Shown in pieces: positions 9,956 to 20,124 of a stretch of 64,000 nucleotides of DNA (position 1 is the first letter of the stretch; every line of letters starts with the position of its first letter). The position numbers and the translations under genes were made by a program. This stretch comes from Bacteroidales bacterium. Lineage in GTDB: Bacteria > Bacteroidota > Bacteroidia > Bacteroidales > UBA7960. The notes below the pieces were generated by a model, which saw nothing but the letters and a program-made list of their open reading frames with translations, was not told where the DNA came from and ran no database searches. The DNA is taken from the NCBI GenBank assembly GCA_046261715.1, contig JBHEOF010000001.1, positions 29,690 through 93,689 on the forward strand. The letters are read 5' to 3'.

Positions 9956-11035
9956 ATGACAGCTAACTTGATGAAGAATATCGAACCCGGTATTGTTACC
10001 GGAGAAAAAGTACAGGAACTATTTAAAATCGCAAGAGAAAACCATTTTGCACTTCCTGCAGTTAACGTAATTGGCACTAATTCAATCAATGCAGTGCTTG
10101 AAACTGCCAAAGAAGTAAATTCACCGGTTATTATTCAGTTTTCAAATGGAGGAGCCCATTTTTATGCAGGAAAGAGTTTATCAAATGAAAATCAGAAAGC
10201 AGCCATTGCCGGAGCCATTTCAGGGGCAAAACATGTTGCTATGCTTGCCAAACATTATGGAGTGAGAGTAATAATGCATACCGATCATGCTGCAAAAAAA
10301 TTGCTCCCCTGGATTGATGGACTGATTGAAGCATCAGAAGAGCATTACAAAGAATTTGGCAAGCCGTTGTTCAGCTCACATATGCTTGATCTTTCTGAAG
10401 AACCACTGGAAGAGAATATTGATATTTGTGTTCGGTACCATAAAAGAATGAGCAAAATTGGTATGACTCTCGAAATCGAACTGGGTGTTACCGGCGGTGA
10501 AGAAGATGGTGTTGACAATACAGGTATTGACAGCTCAAAACTTTATACCCAACCCGAAGAGGTTACTGCAATGTATGAAGCACTTAATAAAATCTCCGAT
10601 AAATTTACTATTGCTGCATCATTTGGAAATGTTCACGGGGTTTATAAACCAGGTAATGTAAAACTGCAACCCAAAATTCTTGATAATTCTCAGAAATTTA
10701 TTGAAGAAAAGCTTAACACTGCACATAAACCGGTAAATTTTGTATTCCACGGAGGTAGCGGTTCATCACGTGAAGAGATAAGGGAAGCAATCTCTTATGG
10801 AGTAATAAAAATGAATATTGACACTGATACTCAGTGGGCTTTTTGGGATGGAGTTAAAAACTTCTATAAGAAAAATGAAGGTTACCTGCAGGAGCAAATC
10901 GGAAATCCTGAAGGTGAAGATAAACCCAACAAGAAGTTTTATGATCCACGTGCCTGGCTCAGAAAAGGTGAAGAAAGCTTGAGAGACAGACTTAATCTCG
11001 CCTTTGAAGATTTGAATGCAATTGACAGAAACTAA
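9956..11035 (+). CDS. fba: fructose-bisphosphate aldolase, class II
   Basis: 359 aa. Motifs FALPAVNV, PVIIQFSNGG, HTDHA, LEIELG.TGGEEDGV and FVFHGGSG are typical of class IIA FBA. Confidence 0.93.
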   Translation: MTANLMKNIEPGIVTGEKVQELFKIARENHFALPAVNVIGTNSINAVLETAKEVNSPVIIQFSNGGAHFYAGKSLSNENQKAAIAGAISGAKHVAMLAKHYGVRVIMHTDHAAKKLLPWIDGLIEASEEHYKEFGKPLFSSHMLDLSEEPLEENIDICVRYHKRMSKIGMTLEIELGVTGGEEDGVDNTGIDSSKLYTQPEEVTAMYEALNKISDKFTIAASFGNVHGVYKPGNVKLQPKILDNSQKFIEEKLNTAHKPVNFVFHGGSGSSREEIREAISYGVIKMNIDTDTQWAFWDGVKNFYKKNEGYLQEQIGNPEGEDKPNKKFYDPRAWLRKGEESLRDRLNLAFEDLNAIDRN

Positions 11036-11070
11036 AAAAAATGCCGGGCTTTTTACCCGGCATTTTTTTT
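11034..11070. terminator. bidirectional intrinsic terminator between fba (+) and the SPOR gene (-)
   Basis: A7-ATGCCGGG-CTTTTTA-CCCGGCAT-T8. This is a GC stem flanked by an A tract and a T tract. Confidence 0.7.
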
Positions 11071-11530
11071 AATTATTCCCTGGTTCTGTTATTTTATCCA
11101 CATCTTTATCAAGTGGTGGGAAATTTATTATATCAACTACAATTATAGCAGAAAGATAAGTTGATGAAACCTTGTTGAGAAATCTTATGGCATCAAGACG
11201 GGTCCTGAAATCTCCAACCCTTAATTTATAATAAGGCTCATCATATGAAATATAGGATGGGGTTTTGGGGTATTGAGCATCAAACTCTGCCTTTACCCTG
11301 TCAGTTCTTAATTTGGAGCGATTCCCCGAGTCGGTATATATTTGCACCCTGAAACCACTCATACCATTGCGTTGGTTAATTTTTCTTTGTGCTTCCTGCA
11401 ATTGATCTACTCTTTCATCCCTTTTCAGGTAGTTGTTTTCAATGCTGTAATTACTTTGCTGCTGAGTATTTTGAGCAGAAAGTACAGTAAAGAAAGGAAG
11501 AAATAATATCAGCATTAGTATTTTGATCAT
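11069..11530 (-). CDS. SPOR domain-containing protein
   Basis: 153 aa with signal peptide. The C-terminal SPOR-like fold reads GFRVQIYTDSG....AEFDAQYP......YDEPYYKLRVGDFRTRLDAIRFLNKV. Confidence 0.8.
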   Translation of the reverse strand: MIKILMLILFLPFFTVLSAQNTQQQSNYSIENNYLKRDERVDQLQEAQRKINQRNGMSGFRVQIYTDSGNRSKLRTDRVKAEFDAQYPKTPSYISYDEPYYKLRVGDFRTRLDAIRFLNKVSSTYLSAIIVVDIINFPPLDKDVDKITEPGNN

Positions 11531-11637
11531 AGCATCTTCTTTAAAGAAATGTAAAGTTATTGGCTTATTTTACAAAACGTCAAAGTTTGATTTTAATTAT
11601 CAAACAGAACAACCATATAGTAAACATTGAATCAGCT

Positions 11638-13110
11638 TTAGTATGCCAAAGCAAATACCACTCTTTGCGACGAAGGTTTACCGGAATAAATACATTTGCC
11701 TTCCTCTTTTTTATTATTTAAAGGAATACATCGTATAGTGGCTTTTGTTTCTTCCTTTATTTTCTCTTCTGTTTCAGCGGTTCCATCCCAATGGGCATAA
11801 ATGAAGCCACCTTTTTCAAGTAGTTTTTTAAACTCATCCCAACTATCCGCATAATAAGTTTTGGAATCCCTGAAAGTAAAGGCTTTTCTGTAAAGATTAT
11901 CCTGGATAGCTTCAAGCAGATGTTCAATTTTGTTTGCGAGGTCTTTCTGATTATATACAGATTTTTCAAGGGTATCGCGACGGGCAATTTCTATGGTTTC
12001 GTTTTCCACATCTCTGGGGCCAATAGCCAACCTCAGCGGTACACCCTTAAATTCATATTCATTAAATTTCCACCCGGGTTTATGGGTATCTCTGTCGTCA
12101 AGTTTAACTCTAATACCTTTCTGAAGCAACTCTTTTCGCAATTCATCCGCTTTATCACAAACCACTTTATATTGTTCATCATTTTTATAAATAGGTACAA
12201 TAACAACCTGAATCGGAGCAAGTTTTGGAGGTAACACAAGGCCATTATCATCAGAGTGAGCCATTATCAATGCACCCACTAGCCGGGTTGAAACCCCCCA
12301 TGATGTTGCCCATACATGTTCTAGCTTCCCTTCCTTACTGGTAAATTTCACATCAAAAGCCTTGGCAAAATTCTGCCCGAGAAAATGCGATGTACCGGCC
12401 TGTAAAGCTTTGCCATCCTGCATCAAGGCTTCGATACAATAAGTATCCAACGCACCTGCAAAGCGCTCATTCTCCGATTTTACCCCACGTAAAACAGGAA
12501 TTGCCATGAATTTTTCAGCAAATTCAGAATACACATCAAGCATTTTATGGGTTTCTTCAATAGCCTCATCACGTGTGGCGTGCGCAGTGTGCCCCTCCTG
12601 CCATAAAAATTCGGTTGTGCGCAAAAACATACGGGTACGCATTTCCCAGCGAACCACGTTGGCCCACTGGTTGACAAGAATAGGGAGATCACGGTATGAT
12701 TGAACCCAGTTGCGATAAGTATCCCATATAATGGTTTCGGAAGTAGGCCGGATAATCAGTTCTTCTTCAAGTTTTGCATCTTCATCAACCACTATTCCTT
12801 TGCCATCCGGATCATTTTTCAACCTGTAATGGGTTACCACAGCACATTCTTTGGCAAAACCTTCAACGTGATCTGCCTCTTTACTAAAAAAAGATTTTGG
12901 TATGAAAATTGGAAAGTAAGCATTGGAATGCCCGGTATCTTTAAACATTTGGTCAAGTGCTGATTGCATGCGTTCCCAAATAGCGTATCCGTAAGGTTTA
13001 ATTACCATGCATCCACGAACTGCTGAATTCTCTGCCAGATCAGCTTTCTGAACAATATCGTTGTACCATTTTGAATAATTCTCTTCTCGTGTTGAAAAAT
13101 CTTTAGCCAT
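11638..13110 (-). CDS. proS: prolyl-tRNA synthetase (archaeal/eukaryotic-like type common in Bacteroidota)
   Basis: 490 aa. Begins [16 protein letters not shown]...[16 protein letters not shown]. Class II motifs FRPTSE../[21 protein letters not shown], and a C-terminal domain ending ALAY. Confidence 0.95.
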   Translation of the reverse strand: MAKDFSTREENYSKWYNDIVQKADLAENSAVRGCMVIKPYGYAIWERMQSALDQMFKDTGHSNAYFPIFIPKSFFSKEADHVEGFAKECAVVTHYRLKNDPDGKGIVVDEDAKLEEELIIRPTSETIIWDTYRNWVQSYRDLPILVNQWANVVRWEMRTRMFLRTTEFLWQEGHTAHATRDEAIEETHKMLDVYSEFAEKFMAIPVLRGVKSENERFAGALDTYCIEALMQDGKALQAGTSHFLGQNFAKAFDVKFTSKEGKLEHVWATSWGVSTRLVGALIMAHSDDNGLVLPPKLAPIQVVIVPIYKNDEQYKVVCDKADELRKELLQKGIRVKLDDRDTHKPGWKFNEYEFKGVPLRLAIGPRDVENETIEIARRDTLEKSVYNQKDLANKIEHLLEAIQDNLYRKAFTFRDSKTYYADSWDEFKKLLEKGGFIYAHWDGTAETEEKIKEETKATIRCIPLNNKKEEGKCIYSGKPSSQRVVFALAY

Positions 13111-13262
13111 ATATCGTGATTGGTATAAAATTTGTAGCTTATTAGACGATTAGATAATCCGGCAAATTTAAGAAATAATTAGAAAACAAAATCTTATTTT
13201 TGAAAGCGGGAAAAATAGCGAACCAATAAACTATATTATAAACTCTTAAGGAGGAAACAGAC

Positions 13263-14999
13263 ATGAAAACTTATGTAAAACTTATCGTTGCAATGTCGGT
13301 ATTTTTTGCTGCATGTTCAACCAGTTACCGTGCAACAAATACTTACGACGACATTTATTACAGTCCTGACAATGCGCGGCAATATGCAGAAACTGCTCAG
13401 GAAACCAGCGTAAATGCTGTTCAGGTGAGCCCTGCCGATGAAAGCCGTCCCGCAGGCACTTACACAGAAGATGGCCAGGCATACACTGATGATTATTATG
13501 ATAACAATAATCAGTACAGTGAAGAAGATTATTATTCGCAGCCTGCAGAAACAGAAACTTATTACGATGACCAGGGCAATACTTATATAACCAATAATTA
13601 TTATGATGGTTATTACGATTATGCCTATTCATCTCGTATACGCAGGTTCCATAACAACTATGCTTATTTCAGCTATTATGATCCTTACTTTACCAATCTT
13701 TACTGGTATAATTATGATCCTTATTATTATGGAATAAGCATCTATCAGGGTTACGGTGCTCTTCCGCTCTATTACCCCGGTTATTATTACTCCTGGGGTT
13801 ACAGGCCTTGGGGATGGGCCCATTACGGTTACGGTTGGGGCTGGGGTCCCAGTTGGGGCAGCCCCTGGTATGGCAATCATTACGGCTACTGGGCAGGTTA
13901 CCATCAAGGCTACTGGGCCGGTTATTATGGTGGCTACTATGGAGGTTATTATTCACAGTATCTCTATAACAGCTATGATGCTAATAACTACTATTATGGG
14001 CAAAGAGGCCCCACCGGAAGTACCGTTGCCGATGGCACAAGACCCGCTTCCGGTCGCCATAATAATCAGCAAGCATCCTTTGCTGAACGTTATGAATCTT
14101 CTGACAGACGTATACCAAGCACAAGGGATGTTGCCTCTCGTGAAGCAAGACAAGGAGAAGTAACACGTGAAAAACAAAGTTCAACTTCACCTGCTACAGC
14201 AAGGCGGCCAGTTGAAACACCTGCTGTAACCAGGGAAACCAGACCTGCAGAAACTGCAGCTCCTCAAAAACAAGTTGAAAGAGAAACAGCTGCAAGACCA
14301 CAGCAGGCAACACAACCGCAAAGGCCTGAACAGCAAGCCCGTCCGCAGCAAAGTACTCCGCAGCAACAACGGTATCAGCCTGAGCGCAGACAATCAGATT
14401 ATACTGCGCCAAGCCGTGAGCGTAACCAGGGTGAGCAAACACCAAGGTATACAAGGCCGCAACAGGCAACACCAGCAAGAAGTCCGCGTGAGAGTGAAGC
14501 TACTCCGGCACAAAGCAGGCCAAGAACGTATACTTCACCCAGCCAGCAGCAGCCACGCTCGAATCAGGAGTACAGGAGACCGGCCGGTGAGCAGAGACCT
14601 GCTTCTGTAGGAAATGAACGCGAAGGACAACAGCCTCAACAGCAGGCCCGTCCACAACAAACACGTCCTGCACCCACTCGTCCGCAGGCTACTCCGCAGC
14701 AAAGGCCACAACAAACAAGGCCACAGGCTACACCGCAGAGAACTCCTACGCAAACAAGGCCGCAGGCTACACCGCAAAGGTCTCCTCAAAGCAGACCTCA
14801 GGCTGCTCCGCAAAGGGCACCGCAAAGGAGTACCCCATCGGTTAGTTCCCCATCCCGAAGCAGGTCCTCTTCTTCCGGTAGCAATGTAAGAAGTACTCCT
14901 TCGCCTTCAAGAAGCTCGGGTTCTTCATCAAGAAGCAGCTCCAGCTCAAGAAGCAGTTCAAGCTCCAGCTCAAGAAGCAGTGGCGGTAGAAACAGATAG
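13263..14999 (+). CDS. YXWGXW-repeat lipoprotein with a long low-complexity tail (PQRT-rich repeats followed by a Ser/Arg tract)
   Basis: 578 aa with lipobox FFAAC. The Tyr/Gly/Trp-rich region reads YYSWGYRPWGWAHYGYGWGWGPSWGSPWYGNHYGYWAGY. About 250 aa of P/Q/R/T/A-rich sequence follows, with repeated RPQATPQR units. The final ~55 aa are almost pure Ser/Arg. All other frames are open here because of the biased composition. Confidence 0.75.
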   Translation: MKTYVKLIVAMSVFFAACSTSYRATNTYDDIYYSPDNARQYAETAQETSVNAVQVSPADESRPAGTYTEDGQAYTDDYYDNNNQYSEEDYYSQPAETETYYDDQGNTYITNNYYDGYYDYAYSSRIRRFHNNYAYFSYYDPYFTNLYWYNYDPYYYGISIYQGYGALPLYYPGYYYSWGYRPWGWAHYGYGWGWGPSWGSPWYGNHYGYWAGYHQGYWAGYYGGYYGGYYSQYLYNSYDANNYYYGQRGPTGSTVADGTRPASGRHNNQQASFAERYESSDRRIPSTRDVASREARQGEVTREKQSSTSPATARRPVETPAVTRETRPAETAAPQKQVERETAARPQQATQPQRPEQQARPQQSTPQQQRYQPERRQSDYTAPSRERNQGEQTPRYTRPQQATPARSPRESEATPAQSRPRTYTSPSQQQPRSNQEYRRPAGEQRPASVGNEREGQQPQQQARPQQTRPAPTRPQATPQQRPQQTRPQATPQRTPTQTRPQATPQRSPQSRPQAAPQRAPQRSTPSVSSPSRSRSSSSGSNVRSTPSPSRSSGSSSRSSSSSRSSSSSSSRSSGGRNR

Positions 15000-15018
15000 A
15001 AACATGATTTAAAATAAA

Positions 15019-15060
15019 GAAGGCTCCCATGCATTACCCTGTTTAGGGAGCCTTCCTTTT
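15019..15060 (+). terminator. intrinsic terminator-like hairpin
   Basis: GAAGGCTCCC...GGGAGCCTTC is a 10-bp perfect stem with a ~17-nt loop, followed by CTTTTATAAAATTTT. Confidence 0.5.
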
Positions 15061-15130
15061 ATAAAATTTTCATGGGTATTTCCTATAACGACCCTAAAAA
15101 ACATATTATCTAACCTAAAAACAATAAAAA

Positions 15131-16579
15131 ATGCAGCGTATAGCCATAATAATATTATTTGCATTAGGTTTGGCGTTTCAAAGCCATGCACAAAATGAAA
15201 CCGATGCTTTAAGATATTCATTGTTTAATCCGGGCGGAACCGCAAGATTTGTTAGTACAGGCGGTGCATTCGGAGCTCTCGGTGGAGACTTCTCCACACT
15301 GAGTGCAAACCCTGCGGGTATTGCCATTTACAGAAGCAATGAGTTTACAATTACCCCTGCACTGAACTTCAGCAAAGTGGAATCAAACTACTTTGGAACT
15401 TTTGCTGATGATATCAACTATAATTTTAATGTGGGTAATATTGGACTTGTGCTGGCCTTTAACGATCCCAACCAGTTGAAAGAGTCAGGTTGGATGGGTT
15501 TTCAGTTCGGATTTGGACTAAACCGGCATTCCAACTTTAACAACAGAAAGATCTACGAAGGATTTAACACGGAAAGTTCTTTAATGACTGATTACCTCTA
15601 CAGGGTATTTGATGCAGGAATTGATCCGGGAAATCCGGGTGGGTTTGAGCCTTTCACAACTGATTTAGCATGGGAAACATTGCTGATTGATACCATTAAC
15701 GGTGAGTTTATAGTGGATATGGAAAACGGAAATGTTCTCCAGCGAAGAGAAACCCAAACCAGTGGTTCGGTGCGTGAAATGGTGCTTACCTTAGGTGGCA
15801 ATTACAGCAATCGACTTTATTTGGGAGCCACTTTCGGTTTTCCTTCAGTTAGATTTGAAGAAGAATATACATATACTGAAGAAGATGTAAACAACACAAA
15901 CGAATTCTTCAATTCACTTGAGTACAGGGAAACTTTAAGAACTTCAGGAACAGGATTTAACTTTAAGCTGGGTATGATTTATCGTGCAACCGATATGATA
16001 CGTATAGGAGCAGCGGTGCATACACCTACTTTTTACAACCTTGAAGATGAGTGGCGCACTCAAATGAATTCTGATTTAAGTTTTGGAAATTATGAAGCAG
16101 CTTCACCACGGGGCCGTCACAGTTATGAGTTAAATACTCCGCTGCGGCTTATTGGTAGTCTCGGACTGGTATTCGGAACAAACGGACTTTTTAGCCTTGA
16201 CTACGAGTATGCTGATTACACACAGATGCGTTTGAGAAGCAGCGCTGCATCATTCTCAGCTGAAAACAACATCATCAGAAACAGTTTTCAGCAGCAGCAC
16301 AATATAAGGGCTGGTGGAGAAATACGGCTAGATCCATTGATTTTGAGAGCAGGTTATGCATATCATTCCAACCCTTACAAATCAGGTATTAATGAGATGG
16401 AAAGGAACACCTTGAGCGCAGGATTTGGTATACGCGACCAAAGCTATTTTGTTGATTTCGGTTATTATTATACTCAATATTCTGAAGATTTCTATCCCTA
16501 TTCCGCCGATCTGACCCCGGCAGTAAATTATGATTATTCAAGAAATGGATTTCTTATGACTTTGGGATTCAGATTTTAA
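15131..16579 (+). CDS. outer-membrane beta-barrel protein, FadL/OmpP1-like transport-protein fold
   Basis: 482 aa. Signal peptide ends HAQ. N-terminal hatch-like motif DALRYS....GTARF.S.GGAFGALGGD.S.LS.NPAG. Alternating beta-strand pattern, with a C-terminal aromatic strand FLMTLGFRF. Confidence 0.6.
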   Translation: MQRIAIIILFALGLAFQSHAQNETDALRYSLFNPGGTARFVSTGGAFGALGGDFSTLSANPAGIAIYRSNEFTITPALNFSKVESNYFGTFADDINYNFNVGNIGLVLAFNDPNQLKESGWMGFQFGFGLNRHSNFNNRKIYEGFNTESSLMTDYLYRVFDAGIDPGNPGGFEPFTTDLAWETLLIDTINGEFIVDMENGNVLQRRETQTSGSVREMVLTLGGNYSNRLYLGATFGFPSVRFEEEYTYTEEDVNNTNEFFNSLEYRETLRTSGTGFNFKLGMIYRATDMIRIGAAVHTPTFYNLEDEWRTQMNSDLSFGNYEAASPRGRHSYELNTPLRLIGSLGLVFGTNGLFSLDYEYADYTQMRLRSSAASFSAENNIIRNSFQQQHNIRAGGEIRLDPLILRAGYAYHSNPYKSGINEMERNTLSAGFGIRDQSYFVDFGYYYTQYSEDFYPYSADLTPAVNYDYSRNGFLMTLGFRF

Positions 16580-16615
16580 CCATTATTATTCCCCATCCAT
16601 TTATGTATAAACACC

Positions 16616-16652
16616 AAGGGCAGGTTTAATAAAACCTGCCCTTAATTTTTAT
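16616..16652. terminator. intrinsic terminator between convergent genes
   Basis: AAGGGCAGGTT-TAATAA-AACCTGCCCTT is an 11-bp perfect stem followed by AATTTTTATT. Confidence 0.6.
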
Positions 16653-16685
16653 TACATCTTTAATAATTGTATGATAAACGATTTA

Positions 16686-17534
16686 TCAGATTGAAGCATT
16701 TTCAACTATTTCTAAGTCAACCAGAATTCTCCCGCAATACTCACAAACGATAATTTTTTTATTCAGGCGAATATCAAGTTGCCTCTGTGGTGGAATTTTA
16801 TTAAAGCAACCACCGCATGCATCGCGCTCAACAGGTACGACAGCAAGACCATTTCGTGCATTCAGCCTTATCCTTTTATATGCACTCAATAATCTGTCAT
16901 CAATATTTTTTTCCTGTTGCCGTGATTTTTCCTGAAGTTGTTCTTCTTCTTTCTGAGTTTCTTCAACTATATCATTTAATTCTCTGTTTTTAACATCCAG
17001 ATCATTTTTCCTTTCATCAAGCTCATTAACAGCAATCTCAACCATTTGCTTTTTGTTTTCAATGGCTGCTGTAAATTCCTTGATCTTTTTTTCAGCAAGT
17101 TGCATTTCAAGAGTTTGATATTCAATCTCCTTGTTCAGCGAATCATATTCCCGGTTGTTTCGCACATTCATCTGCTGCGACTCATATTTTTTAACAAGTT
17201 CCTGACTTTCTGTTATGGAATTTTGTTTCTGTGTAATTTCCATTTCAAGGTCAGTAATCTCCTGGTTAAATTTATTTAAACGGGTTTCAAGCCCTTCGAC
17301 TTCATCCTCCAGATCCTGGACTTCAAGTGGGAGTTCCCCCCTGATAATACGGATTTTATCGATATGCGTATCTATCAACTGCAAAGTATACAAACTTGAC
17401 AGCTTTTTCTTTACCATCGACTCCACACTGTCTTCAGTGATTTTGTCCATTGCTGATGTTGTGGTTACAACTTCAGGTTCTTCAACTTTTGTTTTCCTGG
17501 TTTTGGATGTAGCAGTAGATTTAGCTTTGGCCAT
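16686..17534 (-). CDS. C4-type zinc-ribbon coiled-coil protein (COG1579-like), the usual partner of Nif3
   Basis: 282 aa. A long coiled coil ends in CGGCFNKIPPQ...VCEYCGRIL. It lies directly downstream of the Nif3-like gene, which is a conserved pairing. Confidence 0.8.
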   Translation of the reverse strand: MAKAKSTATSKTRKTKVEEPEVVTTTSAMDKITEDSVESMVKKKLSSLYTLQLIDTHIDKIRIIRGELPLEVQDLEDEVEGLETRLNKFNQEITDLEMEITQKQNSITESQELVKKYESQQMNVRNNREYDSLNKEIEYQTLEMQLAEKKIKEFTAAIENKKQMVEIAVNELDERKNDLDVKNRELNDIVEETQKEEEQLQEKSRQQEKNIDDRLLSAYKRIRLNARNGLAVVPVERDACGGCFNKIPPQRQLDIRLNKKIIVCEYCGRILVDLEIVENASI

Positions 17535-17565
17535 AGGGCAATATAGATTAATAGATTTTCTTTTA

Positions 17566-18660
17566 TTAAAAATATCTGACCGGGTTTGAACTTTGGTCAG
17601 AAATTAGGAGTGCAAAGTTAGTAATTTTTTTGCTAACAATTTCATACAAAATTTCTTTGGTAAATTGCTCGGTTTCATAATGTCCGGCATCAATCAAAAG
17701 CATCTTTTTATTCACATCAAAAAAGTCATGATATTTTACATCTGCCGTAATAAATGCATCTGCACCGGCCGACATTGCGCTATCTCTTAAAAAGCTTCCA
17801 CTGCCTCCACAAATAGCTACTTTTTTTATTTTTCGGTTAATAAAGTTACTATGCCTGAGAGCAGGAACCCCAAGTGCATCTTTTATGTGATTTAGAAATT
17901 CAATCTCTGCCAAGGGCTCATCAAGATATCCGATCATTCCTGCACCGACATTTGCGTAGTTATTATCAAGCGGATACAAATCATATGCTACCTCCTCATA
18001 CGGATGTGCAGCTATCATTGAGTTAATGACAGACTTTTCAATCCAGGCCGGTAAAATGGTTTCAATACGAACCTCAGGCTCGTAATGAATCTGACCTTTT
18101 TCGCCCACAAACGGATCTGTATTTTCACCGGCACGAAATGATCCAGTACCTTGGAGGTTATAACTACAACAGTCATATTCACCAATATGTCCGGCACCGG
18201 CAGAAAAAACAGCAGCTCTTACCTTCTCAGCATGGTCGCCCGGACAAAAAGTAACCAGTTTTTTCAATACCCCTCTTTTTGACATTAGAATACGGGTATC
18301 CTTCAATGCCAGTTTCATGGCAAGCTTGCGGTTTACCCCATCTGAAACACTATCAAGATTAGTATGAACTGAAATAATACTGATATTTTTTTTAATGGCT
18401 TCAATAAGTACTTTTTCAGTGTAATGAGATCCGGTTAATTTCTTTAATCCGCGAAAAATCAAAGGATGATGGGATATAATCAGATCACATTTTTTTTCAA
18501 TCGCTTCATTCAAAATTTCTTCAGTTATATCAATACATACAAGTCCTTTTGAAACTTCAGCTTCCGGATCACCGAACTGTATTCCTGAGTTATCATAATC
18601 TTCCTGAAGTGAAAATGGGGCAAACTGTTCAAATACTTTTACTATTTCTTTAAGCTTCAT
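17566..18660 (-). CDS. Nif3-like dinuclear metal-centre protein (GTP cyclohydrolase 1 type 2 homologue)
   Basis: Start chosen at MKLKEIVKVFEQFAPFSLQEDYDNSGIQFG (ATG at 18660), not at the upstream ORF-track start. Motifs ISHHPLIFRGLKK, HTNLD and DAGHYETE match the Nif3 family. Confidence 0.88.
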   Translation of the reverse strand: MKLKEIVKVFEQFAPFSLQEDYDNSGIQFGDPEAEVSKGLVCIDITEEILNEAIEKKCDLIISHHPLIFRGLKKLTGSHYTEKVLIEAIKKNISIISVHTNLDSVSDGVNRKLAMKLALKDTRILMSKRGVLKKLVTFCPGDHAEKVRAAVFSAGAGHIGEYDCCSYNLQGTGSFRAGENTDPFVGEKGQIHYEPEVRIETILPAWIEKSVINSMIAAHPYEEVAYDLYPLDNNYANVGAGMIGYLDEPLAEIEFLNHIKDALGVPALRHSNFINRKIKKVAICGGSGSFLRDSAMSAGADAFITADVKYHDFFDVNKKMLLIDAGHYETEQFTKEILYEIVSKKITNFALLISDQSSNPVRYF

Positions 18661-19019
18661 GTCAATTCTTGTTTTTGTCAAAAATCTGATAATTATGGCT
18701 AAATTAAAAAAATGCACACACTTTAGTGCAGAAACTTTTCAGTTAAAAATTCTATCTGTCAATACCTCGCGAAATATCTCAATACCAAATAAAAATGAAA
18801 AATAAAGTACAAAAATGTTTTTTAAAATCAATGTATAAGATTTGGTTTCATATATGTAAAATATCTCCTGTTGATAAAATAATATTTCCATACTCTCACT
18901 CCTTTTTCCCTTAAACACAACAAAACATTCTTCAAAACAAATGCTATCACGTAAAATCATCTGTATTTGTCTAAATATTAGTTTATTACGCTTGAATTAG
19001 TGGAATTCATTTTCTATAT

Positions 19020-20102
19020 TTGGCGCATGATTTTTCTAAGAATTCTGGCATTACCCATTTCAATTCTTTACGGAATTATTACCTGGTTCAGAAACAAATT
19101 TTTCGACTGGGCATTTTTACATCCCAAACTTATGACCGTCCGGTTATTGGTGTGGGAAACTTAAGCACCGGAGGAACTGGAAAAACACCTCATGTAGAAT
19201 ATCTGATCCAACTTTTAAAGCCTAATTATAAAATTGCCGCATTAAGCAGAGGTTACAAACGTAAAACAAAAGGTTTTAAATACGCATCAAAAAAGTCTAC
19301 TGTGCGGGATATTGGCGATGAACCCCTGCAAATGCACACCAAACACCCTGATACATATATTGCCGTATGCGAAAACCGCAGAAAAGGAATAAAAAAAATA
19401 CTTGAAAATTGTCCCGATAATGAAGTAATAGTACTGGATGATGTTTTTCAACACCGGTATGTTCAGCCTGGTTTAAATATCCTGCTTACAGATTATCATA
19501 AAATATTTACACGCAACTACATGTTGCCAACAGGTAACCTCAGGGAATTTCGCAGTGGTGCTAAAAGAGCTGACGCACTTATTGTAAGCAAGACACCCGG
19601 GGTATTTTCACCCCTTGACCGCAAGCTTTTGCTTAAAGAGCTGGATCGTTACCAAATCAAGCATATCTTTTTTTCATACATAAAATATGGGAAATGGATA
19701 CCTGTTAATGACAAAGCCAGAGAAGAGAGACAACAAAAAGCAAAAACAATCTTTCTGTTTACCGGTATAGCCAACCCTGTGCCCCTGGGCGAACACCTTA
19801 AAAGACTCAGTACCGATTTGAAAATCTTCAGATTTTCAGATCATCATCAATTTACTGTTAAAGAACTGCAACATGTAAAAGATACGTATAATGCAACTTT
19901 TAGTGGTACAAAGGCTGTTATTACCACAGAAAAGGATACTATGCGATTGCGCAATCCTGATCTGTTAAAGATATTTGACAAAATTCCTCTTTATTATGTG
20001 CCCATCGAAGTGGATTTTCATAAGGGAAACAAAAGAGCTTTTAACAAAATGGTAAATGACTATGTGAAATCATATTACCAAACGGAAAATACCGACAAAT
20101 AG
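19020..20102 (+). CDS. lpxK: tetraacyldisaccharide 4-prime-kinase LpxK. The conserved N-terminal membrane helix lies in a different frame, indicating an apparent 1-nt frameshift near 19109-19118.
   Basis: The body carries the P-loop PVIGVGNLSTGGTGKTP, plus ALSRGYKRK and VLDDVFQH. A separate frame starting at ATG 19027 encodes MIFLRILALPISILYGIITWFRNKFFDW, the canonical LpxK N-terminus, and stops at 19162-19164. See the findings. Confidence 0.85.
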   Translation: MAHDFSKNSGITHFNSLRNYYLVQKQIFRLGIFTSQTYDRPVIGVGNLSTGGTGKTPHVEYLIQLLKPNYKIAALSRGYKRKTKGFKYASKKSTVRDIGDEPLQMHTKHPDTYIAVCENRRKGIKKILENCPDNEVIVLDDVFQHRYVQPGLNILLTDYHKIFTRNYMLPTGNLREFRSGAKRADALIVSKTPGVFSPLDRKLLLKELDRYQIKHIFFSYIKYGKWIPVNDKAREERQQKAKTIFLFTGIANPVPLGEHLKRLSTDLKIFRFSDHHQFTVKELQHVKDTYNATFSGTKAVITTEKDTMRLRNPDLLKIFDKIPLYYVPIEVDFHKGNKRAFNKMVNDYVKSYYQTENTDK

Positions 20103-20124
20103 TAAAAGATTATCCTGCCAGTAT

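Noticed and set aside
13282-15034. About ten overlapping ORFs on both strands (60-135 aa).
   Set aside because: All lie inside the compositionally biased YXWGXW/PQ/SR gene. They are open only because of repeat composition, and none has a signal or motif.
18739-18960. A 73-aa minus-strand ORF between the Nif3-like gene and lpxK, and a 67-aa ORF at 32717-32920.
   Set aside because: They have no motifs, odd composition and poor start context. The second overlaps the deacetylase 3-prime end. Both are left unannotated.
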